Positions 13,767-23,580 of a stretch of 64,000 nucleotides of DNA are shown here, piece by piece (position 1 is the stretch's first letter; every line of letters starts with the position of its first letter). The notes under the pieces are model-generated. The model was given only the letters and a program-made list of their open reading frames with translations. It made no database searches and was not told the origin of the DNA. Origin of the DNA: Macrostomum lignano (taxonomy: Eukaryota); contig NIVC01000084.1 in NCBI GenBank assembly GCA_002269645.1, positions 496,001 through 560,000 on the forward strand, written 5' to 3'. Made by a program: the position numbers and the translations under genes.

Positions 13767-14279
13767 ATGGCCCAACAGTCAGAACACCAAGCCGCAGTGC
13801 CACCCTCCTACAGTTCAGCGAATGCTCAAGAACTTTCCAAAGTAGTCGCACAATGCGAAGCCCTGCTCACTGATGCTCTGAACCAGTTAGGCTGGACTGT
13901 TGATGGTTTAAGAAGAGGTGAGCATTCGCGACAGACATCGTCGTTTGAAGCTTCGAATTCCTCGATGCCAGCAGCCGAAGGTCAACCATTGGCATCGGGT
14001 TCTACCCCAGCAACTGAAGAAGCCGTGGCAGCTACGGAGCGCCGGGTTCGTCGACGGCTCAAGCGACTTCGCGAAGAGGCGAAAAGGAAGTCTGCTGCGT
14101 CGAGCTCGGAGCACCGGGCGGCTGCCTCGGCGTCGTCAGCGGCGGCTTGCGTGCAGCGAAGGAGGAAACACAAAACTGCAAGTGGCGGCGGCTCCGGGGT
14201 GCAGTACAGCCGCGACTACAAACTGGTGCTCCGGCATCTCATCCAGCAGATGATGGAGGAAGGGCAGGCGTCTGATTGA
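13767..14279 (+). CDS. SNRNP48: 170-aa SNRNP48 (U11/U12 snRNP 48K)-like protein lacking the CHHC zinc finger
   Basis: Non-repetitive 3' part of ORF 12909..14279. ELSKVVAQCEALLTDALNQLGWTVDGL resembles human ELNEFVESGCRTLEEVTASLGWDLDSL. RRRKHK...DYKLVLRHLIQQMMEE resembles RRRQSY...SYTEVIRDVINVHMEE. Recalled alignment, not a search result. Confidence 0.6.
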   Translation: MAQQSEHQAAVPPSYSSANAQELSKVVAQCEALLTDALNQLGWTVDGLRRGEHSRQTSSFEASNSSMPAAEGQPLASGSTPATEEAVAATERRVRRRLKRLREEAKRKSAASSSEHRAAASASSAAACVQRRRKHKTASGGGSGVQYSRDYKLVLRHLIQQMMEEGQASD

Positions 14280-14309
14280 CTGTGTTGTAGACTTCTTTCC
14301 ATTGAAAAT

Positions 14310-14700
14310 GATGGCCTCCCAGATCCTCAGTTCCTGGGCCAGCCTCCCAGATCCTCATTTGCTGGGCCAGCCTCCCAGATCCTCAGTTGCTGGGCCAGCC
14401 TCCCAGATCCTCAGTTGCTGGGCTAGCCTTCCAGATCTTCAGTTACTGGGCCAGCCTCCCAGATCTTCAGTTACTGGGCCAGCCTCCCGTGTCAGTTGCT
14501 GGGGCAGCCTCCCAGAGTGTCAGTTGCTGGGCCAGCCTCCCAGAGTGTCAGTTGCTGAGCCAGCCTCCCAGATCATCAGTTGCTGGGCCAGCCTCCCAGA
14601 CCCCCAGTTGCTGTGCCAGCCTCCCAGATCCTAAGTTGCTGGGCCAGCCTCCCAGATCAGTTGCTGGGCCAGCCTCGCAGATCCTCAATTGCGGAGCAAG
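14310..14700 (+). repeat. About 28-bp minisatellite, same family as 12135-12470, just after the 14279 stop
   Basis: CCTCCCAGATCCTCAGTTGCTGGGCCAG units. Confidence 0.9.
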
Positions 14701-15039
14701 CTCTCATCTGTTTATCTATGTTTCATAGTATGCTTTTAATAGTTTCCTGTCTGATGATATATCTAGTTTGCATTATATTTTAAAAAGAAATGTATAGTTT
14801 ATAACCAAATAATACTTTATAACAGTTTACTATACAATTATTTACTATTCCAGTTTCTTTTATTGATTTGCGTTTAGTTACATAGGTTAGGAATGTTATT
14901 ATCGTGGTTTATTAAAGTTTCTCGAGAGTAACTCAACTAGACTTTATAAGAGACTGCGATATAGAGAATGGGGTGTTCAGGTGTTCAGGGTACGTATAGT
15001 TTAGGTGGAGTCAGAGGTGGATGGAGAGAGGGTGAAGAG

Positions 15040-15365
15040 AGTCAGGGGTAAAGAGAGTCAGGGGTAAAGAGAGGCAGGGGTGGAGAGAGTCAGCGGTAAA
15101 GAGAGTCAGGGGTAAAGAGAGTCAGCGGTAAAGAGAGTCAAGTGTGGAGAGAGTCAGCGGTAAAGAGAGTCAGGGGTAAAGAGAGTCAGCGGTAAAGAGA
15201 GTCAGGGGTAAAGAGAGTCAAGGGTGGAGAGAGTCAGCGGTAAAGAGAGTCAGGGGTAAAGAGAGTCTGGGGTAAAGAGAGTCAGCGGTAAAGAGAGTCA
15301 GCGGTAAAGAGAGTCAGCGGTAAAGAGAGTCAGCGGTAAAGAGAGTCAGGGGTAGAAAGCGTCAG
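15040..15365 (+). repeat. 16-bp minisatellite upstream of the first TAF1A-like exon
   Basis: GAGAGTCAG(C/G)GGTAAA, about 19 copies. Confidence 0.9.
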
Positions 15366-15428
15366 GTGTAAAAATTCGTATAGAGTCGAAGGTAAAGAGT
15401 GAGGGAAAATCTTCAACTCCCACTTCAG

Positions 15429-15661
15429 AAACTTCAACGACGCAAGCAGAAGCTCTGGTCTCGTTGGCTCGCCGCCGCTGTCAAAGCGGACTCGACCGGC
15501 GATGTTGAATCGGCGTCACAGGAGCGTCGGCTAGATCGATTGCGTCGCATCGCTGGCGGACTACTGCGCCTTGGCGATAGCACCAAATTGTTGAGCCCGC
15601 TGCTCGGCAGTGCTAACTATGCCAGGCTGACCGCACCTGCTGATTATCGCTTCTTGTCCAG
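15429..15661 (+). CDS. TAF1A: TAF1A (TAFI48, Pol I SL1 subunit)-like exon 1; open frame with no Met
   Basis: cacttcag acceptor at 15428 (phase 0) and ag|gtgagc donor at 15662 (phase 2), which matches the next exon. GC-rich open frame KLQRRKQKLWSRW...YRFLSR. Confidence 0.65.
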
Positions 15662-15823
15662 GTGAGCGATGTTCTACTAAAGACTACTCAAGTAGGATGG
15701 GAAATGTCGTTTCTTGCAAAATTTTAGAATGCAGGCTTTTTCCGAAAAAATACACTACGGAGATAGGAAGTTTTCATTTTCTGTCAGTACAAAAATTGTG
15801 TCATTGTTCGAAATGTCTATGGT

Positions 15824-16240
15824 AATGGGGGTTGTCTGGAAGTGAGAATGCATGGTAATGGCCATAGACACGAGCGGCAGTAATAGCCGCGAGTCAATTT
15901 GGCCATTACCATGTTTTCTCACTTCCAGCTAACTTCATTGGTCAATTTGTCCATCAGGATCCGAGTGGGAGGAGGGAATGGGGCTGTGGAGGCAAAGCCC
16001 CCACTTACAACTATACACTATTTTATTTTACGCTCATAGACTCGTTCGTTTTCTAAAATGATATCCCGGTAAATTGCTTTATTGTCAATTTCGAACAATG
16101 ACTGGTCATTGCTTGAATGTCATTGCCTTAACATAAATTACCATAGACATTTTGAACAATGGCTAAATTGACACTTCCGGCTATCACCGCTCGTGTCTAT
16201 GGCCATTACCATGCATTCTCACTTCCAGACAACCCCCATT
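15824..16240. mobile_element. MITE (about 417 bp) in TAF1A-like intron 1
   Basis: About 65-bp terminal inverted repeats AATGGGGGTTGTCTGGAAGTGAGAATGCATGGTAATGGCCATAGACACGAGCGG. Flanking direct repeat CTATGGT at 15817-15823 and 16241-16247. Confidence 0.85.
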
Positions 16241-16551
16241 CTATGGTGGTTTTTTTATTCTATGTACAATTGTACATGTCATGTGTCTAAAAAGCATTAG
16301 AATGCATGGCACAGCTCGACTCATTTGTTTTTATGAATCTATTTTATCATCTCTGTTGCACATATTGTTACATACAGGCAGCTAAGAATCATAAATTAGA
16401 TTTATGAAACCAATGAGCCGAGCCGTGCTATTTTCGTGGTTTTTAAGCAGGGACGTAAAATTGTGTACCTAGTTGTCCCGTCCTTCCACTTGACGGAAGG
16501 ACGGGAAGAATCTATCTATACATGTACAATACTATTAATCATCGACCAAGG

Positions 16552-17115
16552 TTTAGGGGCGCCAGCTACAGAGGGGGCGCCAGCTACAGAGGGGGCGCCA
16601 GCTACAGAGGGGGCGCCAGCTACAGAGGGGGCGCCAGCTACAGAGGGGGCGCCAGCTACAGTGGGGGCGCCAGCTACAGAGGGGGCGCCAGCTACAGAGG
16701 GGCGCCAGCTACAGAGAGGGCGCCAGCTACAGAGGGGGCGCCAGCTACAGAGGGGGCGCCAGCTACAGAGGGGCGCCAGCTACAGAGAGGGCGCCAGCTA
16801 CAGAGGGACCGCCAGCTACAGAGAGGGCGCCAGCTACAGAGGGACCGCCAGCTACAGAGGGGCGCCAGCTACAGAGAGGGCGCCAGCTACAGAGGGGCGC
16901 CAGCTACAGAGAGGGCGACAGCTACAGAGGGGCGCCAGCTACAGAGAGGGCGACAGCTACAGAGGGACCGCCAGCTACAGAGAGGGCGCCAGCTACAGAG
17001 GGACCGCCAGCTACAGAGAGGGCGCCAGCTACAGAGGGGCGCCAGCTACAGAGGGGACACCATCATCTACGGAGGGGTCGCCATCAGCTACAGAGGGGGC
17101 GCCAGCTACAGAGGT
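16552..17115 (+). repeat. 18/17-bp GC-rich intronic minisatellite
   Basis: GGGGGCGCCAGCTACAGA units ending about 55 nt before the 17169 acceptor. Confidence 0.95.
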
Positions 17116-17169
17116 TCCGCTTTCATCAGACACACACACGAGACATTGACGCCTCATCTTTCCTCGCAG

Positions 17170-17407
17170 GTGCTCGCACTCGGCAGTGCTAGTCCTATCT
17201 ACAGTTGATGCCCTGCACAGAGGCCAAACCGAGAGGGCCTGTCAGCTACTGCTGCTCTACGTAGGCCGCGGCAAGCCCTGTCCTGCTATCCTGTGGCGCT
17301 GTGCGCTGCATTTATTCGCTACCCAATCCGAGCATCAGCTTTTGGATCGGTTTGTTAGCGCTATCAGATGCCTGCCTGTACCTGATAGGCAGAACATGCT
17401 GCTACAG
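17170..17407 (+). CDS. TAF1A: TAF1A-like exon 2
   Basis: ctcgcag acceptor at 17169 and cag|gtaaaa donor at 17408. LSTVDALHRGQTERACQLL...PAILWRCALHLF resembles human LSFIQEALLKHQWQQAAEYM...PEIIWKLGSEIL. Confidence 0.8.
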
Positions 17408-17424
17408 GTAAAAAGAAGAGGTCA

Positions 17425-17745
17425 TGCCCGCTTTACCCTCCGGTCATCTGGTTGGGTCGACCCTTCACCCGCTTTACCCTGGGGTCATCTGGTTAGGGTG
17501 ACCCGTCACCCGCTTTACCCTCTGGTCATCTGGTAAGTCCAATCCGCTTTACCCTCCGGTCATCTGGTAAATCCAACCTGCTTTACCCTCCGGTCATCTG
17601 GTAAATCCAAGCCGCTTTACCCTCCGGTCATCTGGTAAATCCAAGCCGCTTTACCCTCCGGTCATCTGGTAAATCCAAGCCGCTTTACCCTCCGGTCATC
17701 TGGTAAATCCAAGCCGCTTTACCCTCCGGTCATCTGAGCAAGCCA
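17425..17745 (+). repeat. 34-bp minisatellite filling TAF1A-like intron 2
   Basis: CCGCTTTACCCTCCGGTCATCTGGTAAATCCAAG units. Confidence 0.92.
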
Positions 17746-17785
17746 AAGCTTTTCATGCACTTAGAACTGTCACCGCCACCCGCAG

Positions 17786-18481
17786 GTCCAGCTGTACTAT
17801 TTCCATCACCGCCAATGGGACAGCCTGTTTTCCCTGTTCACCGTACGCGATCCAACTCGTCAGGGAGTGGCTGCCTCGCCAGAATCGCTTCAGTGCAGCC
17901 GGTTAAGCCAGTTATACCTGGGCCTCGCCCACCTTGACGCTTGGCAACACAGAGGATTAGAAAATCGAACGATAGCTCGAAGCCGTAGTTCAACGAGTGG
18001 CAGTACAGATGATCCTCTGGCTCAGTCGAATTTGATTGGCTGTCAGATTGATGAAGATTATCACCTGGATAGAGCTGAGGAATACTTGAGCAGTTTGCCA
18101 GATATTATTGCTAGTTGGCCTGTTGGGCTCTCGGCCGAGTCTGATAGCAACAGAGCGACCGATACTTACGATCTGTTCGTACGCGGCTATGCTGTTGTCT
18201 TTTATGTCAGACAGAAACAGCAGTCTCTGCAGAGGCAACGAAATAAGAGAGAGGTCAGGCAATTCGAGTCTCTATTGACTGATTATGCGGCCAAGTTCCC
18301 TGGCAACCCGAATTCGCATCGATTTCTGGCTACTGAGCTACCCGCTCAGTTCGGTGCTAGCCAGGGTCGAGACTCGAAATTGAAGGACGAGTTTCCGGGC
18401 AACGAATCTGACGAGTGCCTCGATTCAGGAGTTCAGGATGCCAAGTTAGACTATGTTGACTTGCTTCGGTTTCGTGCAAAG
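17786..18481 (+). CDS. TAF1A: TAF1A-like exon 3
   Basis: cccgcag acceptor at 17785 (phase 0) and aag|gtgaaa donor at 18482. LQ|VQLYYFHH ~ human LQHALYLLHH; LSQLYLGLAHLDAW ~ LIQAYKGLLQYYTW; YDLFVRGY...LTDYAAKFPGNPNSH ~ WDPFVKSY...LTNYAYDEKFPSNPNAH. Confidence 0.82.
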
Positions 18482-18574
18482 GTGAAAAATGGAAAGAAGA
18501 GACTTACGGTTTATGACTCTCTTATCTTCTCTTATCCTTCCTGAGACACAACCGCCGTTGTCTCCTATCTTCTG

Positions 18575-18756
18575 CTGTCTGTCTGTCTGTCTGTCTGTCT
18601 GCCTGTCTGCCTGTAAGTGTGTCTGTCTGTCTGTCTATCTGTCTGTCTGTCTATCTGTCTGTTTGTCTGTCTGTCCGTCTGTCTATCTACCTATCTATCC
18701 ATCTATCTATCTATCTATCTATCCATCTATCTATCTATCTATCCATCTATCCATCC

Positions 18757-18785
<29 letters not shown>
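18575..18785 (+). repeat. Compound (TCTG)n/(TCTA)n/(TCCA)n microsatellite in TAF1A-like intron 3
   Basis: Direct reading. Confidence 0.95.
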
Positions 18786-18787
<2 letters not shown>

Positions 18788-18847
18788 CAATTTATTACTA
18801 AACAAGTATAGCAGGCTCATCTCATAGAACCATCTCTCACAATTCAG

Positions 18848-19420
18848 GCCATTCGAGCCCGTTGGGATTTTGCCCTACTGTGCCCAGACTCGCCCGAAGC
18901 ACTCAGCCTAGCGCGGGACATTGTCAGCCAGTTGCAGTGCCTGTCATTGGACTCAAATTTAGACTCTATTTCTCAAGCTAACGCAGCCGCAGGCGCTTTC
19001 AGTCTGGCCGCTGCAGCCTTAGACTATCCGCAGTTCCAATGGGACCACCGGCACTGGACGGTGGCTACTGACGCTCTGTCAGCTATGCAAGCTTTCTCAG
19101 ACCAGTGTCAGTCTAATCTGCATAGCAACAAGCTTCGGCGGCATATAAAATTGTGCACTTACGTTAGGCATTGGCCTGATTACCAACTGGCTGAGTGGAT
19201 GCTAATGAGCAGTGATGCTGTCAAGTTGGAGACTGACGAACAGAAAATCTCGCCTGAGAAACAGTTGCTAGAGAAAAAATTGGTCCTCTGGAAGAGACTG
19301 CAGACTGATTGGCTGATTGATGATGACTCCGAGTCACGTGACCGGGTTGATGAGGCCGAGTGCATCATCCATGAGGACATTCTGCAATCTGTGATTCACC
19401 TGCTGTCAAGCATTTTTTAA
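18848..19420 (+). CDS. TAF1A: TAF1A-like last exon
   Basis: aattcag acceptor at 18847 (phase 0). AALDYPQFQWDHRHW ~ human GVLDFAGCTKNITAW; RHWPDYQ ~ NWWPGFH. The four exons total 1740 nt (579 aa plus stop). Confidence 0.78.
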   Translation, partial: AIRARWDFALLCPDSPEALSLARDIVSQLQCLSLDSNLDSISQANAAAGAFSLAAAALDYPQFQWDHRHWTVATDALSAMQAFSDQCQSNLHSNKLRRHIKLCTYVRHWPDYQLAEWMLMSSDAVKLETDEQKISPEKQLLEKKLVLWKRLQTDWLIDDDSESRDRVDEAECIIHEDILQSVIHLLSSIF

Positions 19421-19584
19421 TTAATAACTGACAAATGCTTCAGGGCGTGCTTAGGGTGTTTTCAAATTGACTGTGTTTTCTCTGCATGTAAATATATAAG
19501 CAAAAACTCAATTGCACTTCTTTTGTGCTTGATCATTTTTATATAAAAAATAACAAATCATTCGTTGATTTTATTGTCTCTTGA

Positions 19585-21375
19585 GGTTATTTAATGAAGC
19601 ACAGCTGCCACTCCTCAGATACTTCAGTGATGCACAGCTGCCACTCCTCAGATACTTCAGTGATGCACAGCTGCCACTCCTCATGTCCTTCAGTGATGCA
19701 CAGCTGCCACTCCTCAGATACTTCAGTGATGCACAGCTGCCACTCCTCAGATACTTCAGTGATGCACAGCTGCCACTCCTCAGATACTTCAGTGAGGTAC
19801 AGCTGCCACTCCTCAGGTCCTTCAGTGAGGCACAGCTGTCACTCCTCATGTCCTTCAGTGATGCACAGCTGCCACTCCTCAGATACTTCAGTGATGCACA
19901 GCTGCCACTCCTCAGGTCCTTCAGTGAGGCACAGCTGCCACTCCTCATGTCCTTCAGTGACGCACAGCTGCCACTCCTCATGTCCTTCAGTGACGCACAG
20001 CTGCCACTCCTCATGTCCTTCAGTGACGCACAGCTGCCACTCCTCAGATACTTCAGTGATGCACAGCTGCCACTCCTCAGATACTTCAGTGATGCACAGC
20101 TGCCACTCCTCAGATACTTCAGTGATGCACAGCTGCCACTCCTCAGATACTTCAGTGACGCACAGCTGCCACTCCTCAGATACTTCAGTGATGCACAGCT
20201 GCCACTCCTCCGATACTTCAGTGATGCACAGCTGCCACTCCTCAGATACTTCAGTGACGCACAGCTGCCACTCCTCAGATACTTCAGTGATGCACAGCTG
20301 TCACCACTCCTCAGATACTTCAGTGATGCACAGCTGCCACTCCTCAGATACTTCAGTGAGGTACAGCTGCCACTCCTCAGGTCCTTCAGTGAGGCACAGC
20401 TGCCACTCCTCAGATACTTCAGTGAGGTACAGCTGCCACTCCTCAGGTCCTTCAGTGAGGCACAGCTGTCACTCCTCATGTCCTTCAGTGAGGTACAGCT
20501 GCCACTCCTCAGGTCCTTCAGTGATGCACAGCTGCCACTCCTCAGATACTTCAGTGATGCACAGCTGCCACTCCTCAGATACTTCAGTGATGCACAGCTG
20601 TCACCACTCCTCAGATACTTCAGTGATGCACAGCTGCCACTCCTCAGATACTTCAGTGAGGTACAGCTGCCACTCCTCAGGTCCTTCAGTGAGGCACAGC
20701 TGCCACTCCTCAGATACTTCAGTGAGGTACAGCTGCCACTCCTCAGGTCCTTCAGTGAGGCACAGCTGTCACTCCTCATGTCCTTCAGTGAGGTACAGCT
20801 GCCACTCCTCAGGTCCTTCAGTGATGCACAGCTGCCACTCCTCAGATACTTCAGTGATGCACAGCTGCCACTCCTCAGATACTTCAGTGAGGTACAGCTG
20901 CCACTCCTCAGGTCCTTCAGTGAGGCACAGCTGTCACTCCTCATGTCCTTCAGTGATGCACAGCTGCCACTCCTCAGATACTTCAGTGATGCACAGCTGC
21001 CACTCCTCAGGTCCTTCAGTGAGGCACAGCTGCCACTCCTCATGTCCTTCAGTGACGCACAGCTGCCACTCCTCATGTCCTTCAGTGACGCACAGCTGCC
21101 ACTCCTCATGTCCTTCAGTGACGCACAGCTGCCACTCCTCAGATACTTCAGTGATGCACAGCTGCCACTCCTCAGATACTTCAGTGATGCACAGCTGCCA
21201 CTCCTCCGATACTTCAGTGATGCACAGCTGCCACTCCTCAGATACTTCAGTGACGCACAGCTGCCACTCCTCAGATACTTCAGTGATGCACAGCTGTCAC
21301 CACTCCTCAGATACTTCAGTGATGCACAGCTGCCACCACTCCTCATATACTTCAATGAGGCACAGCTGCCACTCC
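19585..21375. repeat. 1.8-kb intergenic 33-bp satellite with higher-order blocks
   Basis: ACTTCAGTGATGCACAGCTGCCACTCCTCAGAT, about 54 copies, with occasional 36-bp variants. Confidence 0.97.
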
Positions 21376-21740
21376 CCAGGTTTGTTTTGAAACCACAAAA
21401 TTCAATGCTCCACACGTGCAGACGTACTCTTATGCATGTGGGGTTGTCTAAGTTCACCCCAGATGCAATTTTTCAAACTCCATGAGTCGTAAATATGCAG
21501 GAACGGTAGCATGGCATCTATAGCATAAGGCTCTTCCAGTCATTCGCTAGATTAGAATGTATTAAACATTCCATTCGCTTAAAGAATTTCTGATCAATTT
21601 CTGCTTCTAAGCGGTTTCGAAACAAATTTACTTTTTTAAATTACTTCGAATCGAATAATTATTAAGTTGAAATGTTTTAGTAAATAAACTTGGTTAAAGA
21701 AAACTCTGATCTGTACGAAATCACTCGCTGCTTGCTAACA

Positions 21741-21834
21741 ATGCGCTTACTAAGCTGCATCTTGATAATTATTGTCGTCATAAGTCAGCTCCAGGTTTCC
21801 TGGTCGGATACACCTGATCAGGAGTTCTCTAAAT
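21741..21834 (+). CDS. Secreted single-WSC-domain protein 1, exon 1 (signal peptide)
   Basis: MRLLSCILIIIVVISQLQVSWSDTPDQEFSK, then t|gtaagt (phase 1). Not in the ORF track. Confidence 0.85.
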
Positions 21835-22029
21835 GTAAGTTATATGCTTGTTAAAATAATCGTCAGATTCGCAATCTTCGTGAGGATTTCCCGTGTTAAA
21901 TTGCACGACCGATGTACAAAAAAATTAAAGTTGATGTGCAAGTCGTGTGTGTTTATTTTTTGGGCTTTTTGATGGCGGTGTGAACGAGCCTTAAAGATAA
22001 TTCCCTTTATTAAGGATTTCCTTAATTGA

Positions 22030-22690
22030 AATTGCTCATGTCGAAGCTTTCCATTATCCAGGGAATCTCTCTGGAATCCTCCATTGAGGATTCCACTATC
22101 AAGGATTTCCCTTCGAGGATTCCCTGTGGAGGATCGCCTATCGAGGATTTCCCTGTGGAGGATCGCCTATCGAGGATTTCCCTGTGGATAATTCCCCTAT
22201 CGAGGATTTCCATATGGAGAATTTCCCTATCGAGGATTTTCCTGTGGGGAATTTCCCTATCGAGGATTTCCTTGTGGAGGATCCCCCTATCGATGATTCC
22301 ATATGAAGAATTTCCCTATCGAGGATTTCCCTGTGGAGGACCCCCTATCGAGGATTTCCCTATCGAGGATTTCCCTGTGGAGGATCCCCCTATCGAGGAT
22401 TTCCCTGTGGAGGATCCCCCTATCGAGGATTTCCCAATGGATAATTTCTCTATCGAGGATTTCCCTGTGGAGGATCCCCCTATCGAAGATTTCCCAATGG
22501 AGAATTCCCCTATCGTCTATCGAGGATCTCCCTGTCGAAGATTCCCCTGTTGAGGATTCCCCTATCGAGGATTTCCCTACAGAGGATTTCTCCACATATT
22601 GGAATAGGATTTCCCGCATTCAGGATTCCCTTATTGAGGGTTTTCCATTTTTAGGAATTCCGTAATCGAGGATTTCCCCGAATCGAAGGG
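22030..22690 (+). repeat. 30-bp (2x15) minisatellite in the WSC1 intron
   Basis: TATCGAGGATTTCCCTGTGGAGGATCCCCC and variants. Confidence 0.92.
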
Positions 22691-22774
22691 TATTTGCATG
22701 GAACTATTTCCCTCACAATTCCTTTTTTTCAAAAATGAACTCAACTTTAAAGTCTACTAAAACATTGTCCCCAG

Positions 22775-23115
22775 GGAAATTGGTCGGCTGTTTTCCGACA
22801 ACGGTAAGGCAGCCGGTCCTTGGCCACCAAGTCACAACTGCAGACAGTCGAAAGTTCATGTCGCACAGTGTCTGCCAGATAACGTGCAGAAAGCGATACC
22901 TCAAGTATTTTGGCCTGTACCGTGGTTCCGAATGTTACTGCGGCAACTCGAAACTTTACCTAGATTCTCCTCTACCTAAGGCGGAGTTGTGCAGGAGCAC
23001 CTGCTCTGGGAACAATGATGAATTTTGCGGCGGCAAAGCTGCCATGCTTGTGTTTGAGACTTTCTCAAAACCCATGCTGACCTGCCACGACAAGAGGCTG
23101 CTCGATCGGTGCTAG
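22775..23115 (+). CDS. Secreted single-WSC-domain protein 1, exon 2 (144 aa total)
   Basis: ccccag acceptor at 22774 (phase 1, junction codon TGG). WKLVGCF...MSHSVCQITC...YFGLYRGSECYCG...CRSTCSGNNDEFCGG is the 8-Cys WSC pattern. Confidence 0.9.
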
Positions 23116-23354
23116 GCACTGTGACCCTAAAAAACGTGAAACAGAATATCTTCACTCTTCACTGTTGTGCAAAATTACACTAAAAAATAACACAGTTCAA
23201 GATGTAATACTCTCCTAAAGTGACAATCCAATCAAGTGTTGAGCAATAAATAGAAATAAGTATTAATAATGGCTAATGTTATTGCTGTAATCAATTTCGT
23301 GAATAAAATATTTAGTAGAAGAATGGGGCCGCCAAATTGCTATGGGAGTCATTG

Positions 23355-23580
23355 CCATCCGAGGGGCGCCATCGCTATCCAAGGGGCGCCATCATATCCA
23401 AAAGAGGCCATCGATATGATCAAAGGGCGCCATCATTATCCAAAGGGCGACATCGATATTCAAAGGGCGTCATATCGCTATTCGAGGGGCGCCATCAATA
23501 TCCAAGGGGCGCCATCGGTATTCAAAGGGCGACATCGCTATCCGAGGGGCGCCATCGATTTATACAAGGGGCGTCAACTT
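23355..23580 (+). repeat. Degenerate ~21-bp GGCGCC-containing tandem repeat
   Basis: Recurring (A/G)GGGGCGCCATCG.TATCC units. Confidence 0.7.

Noticed and set aside
14250-15429. SNRNP48-TAF1A fusion through a phase-0 donor near the end of the SNRNP48-like ORF
   Set aside because: Candidate donors (CAG|GCGTCT, CTG|GTGCTC) are very poor, and a 3' UTR-like segment follows the stop. Kept only as an alternative to the SL-AUG idea.
16436-17208. GAPATE / RQLQRG repeat ORFs
   Set aside because: 18-bp array with frameshifting 17-bp units, inside TAF1A-like intron 1.
19571-21485. About 630-aa ORFs on both strands; the minus one (RSGSCASLKYL)n looks superficially LRR-like
   Set aside because: 33-bp satellite open in several frames; an 11-aa period does not fit LRRs; no splice-linked unique exons found.
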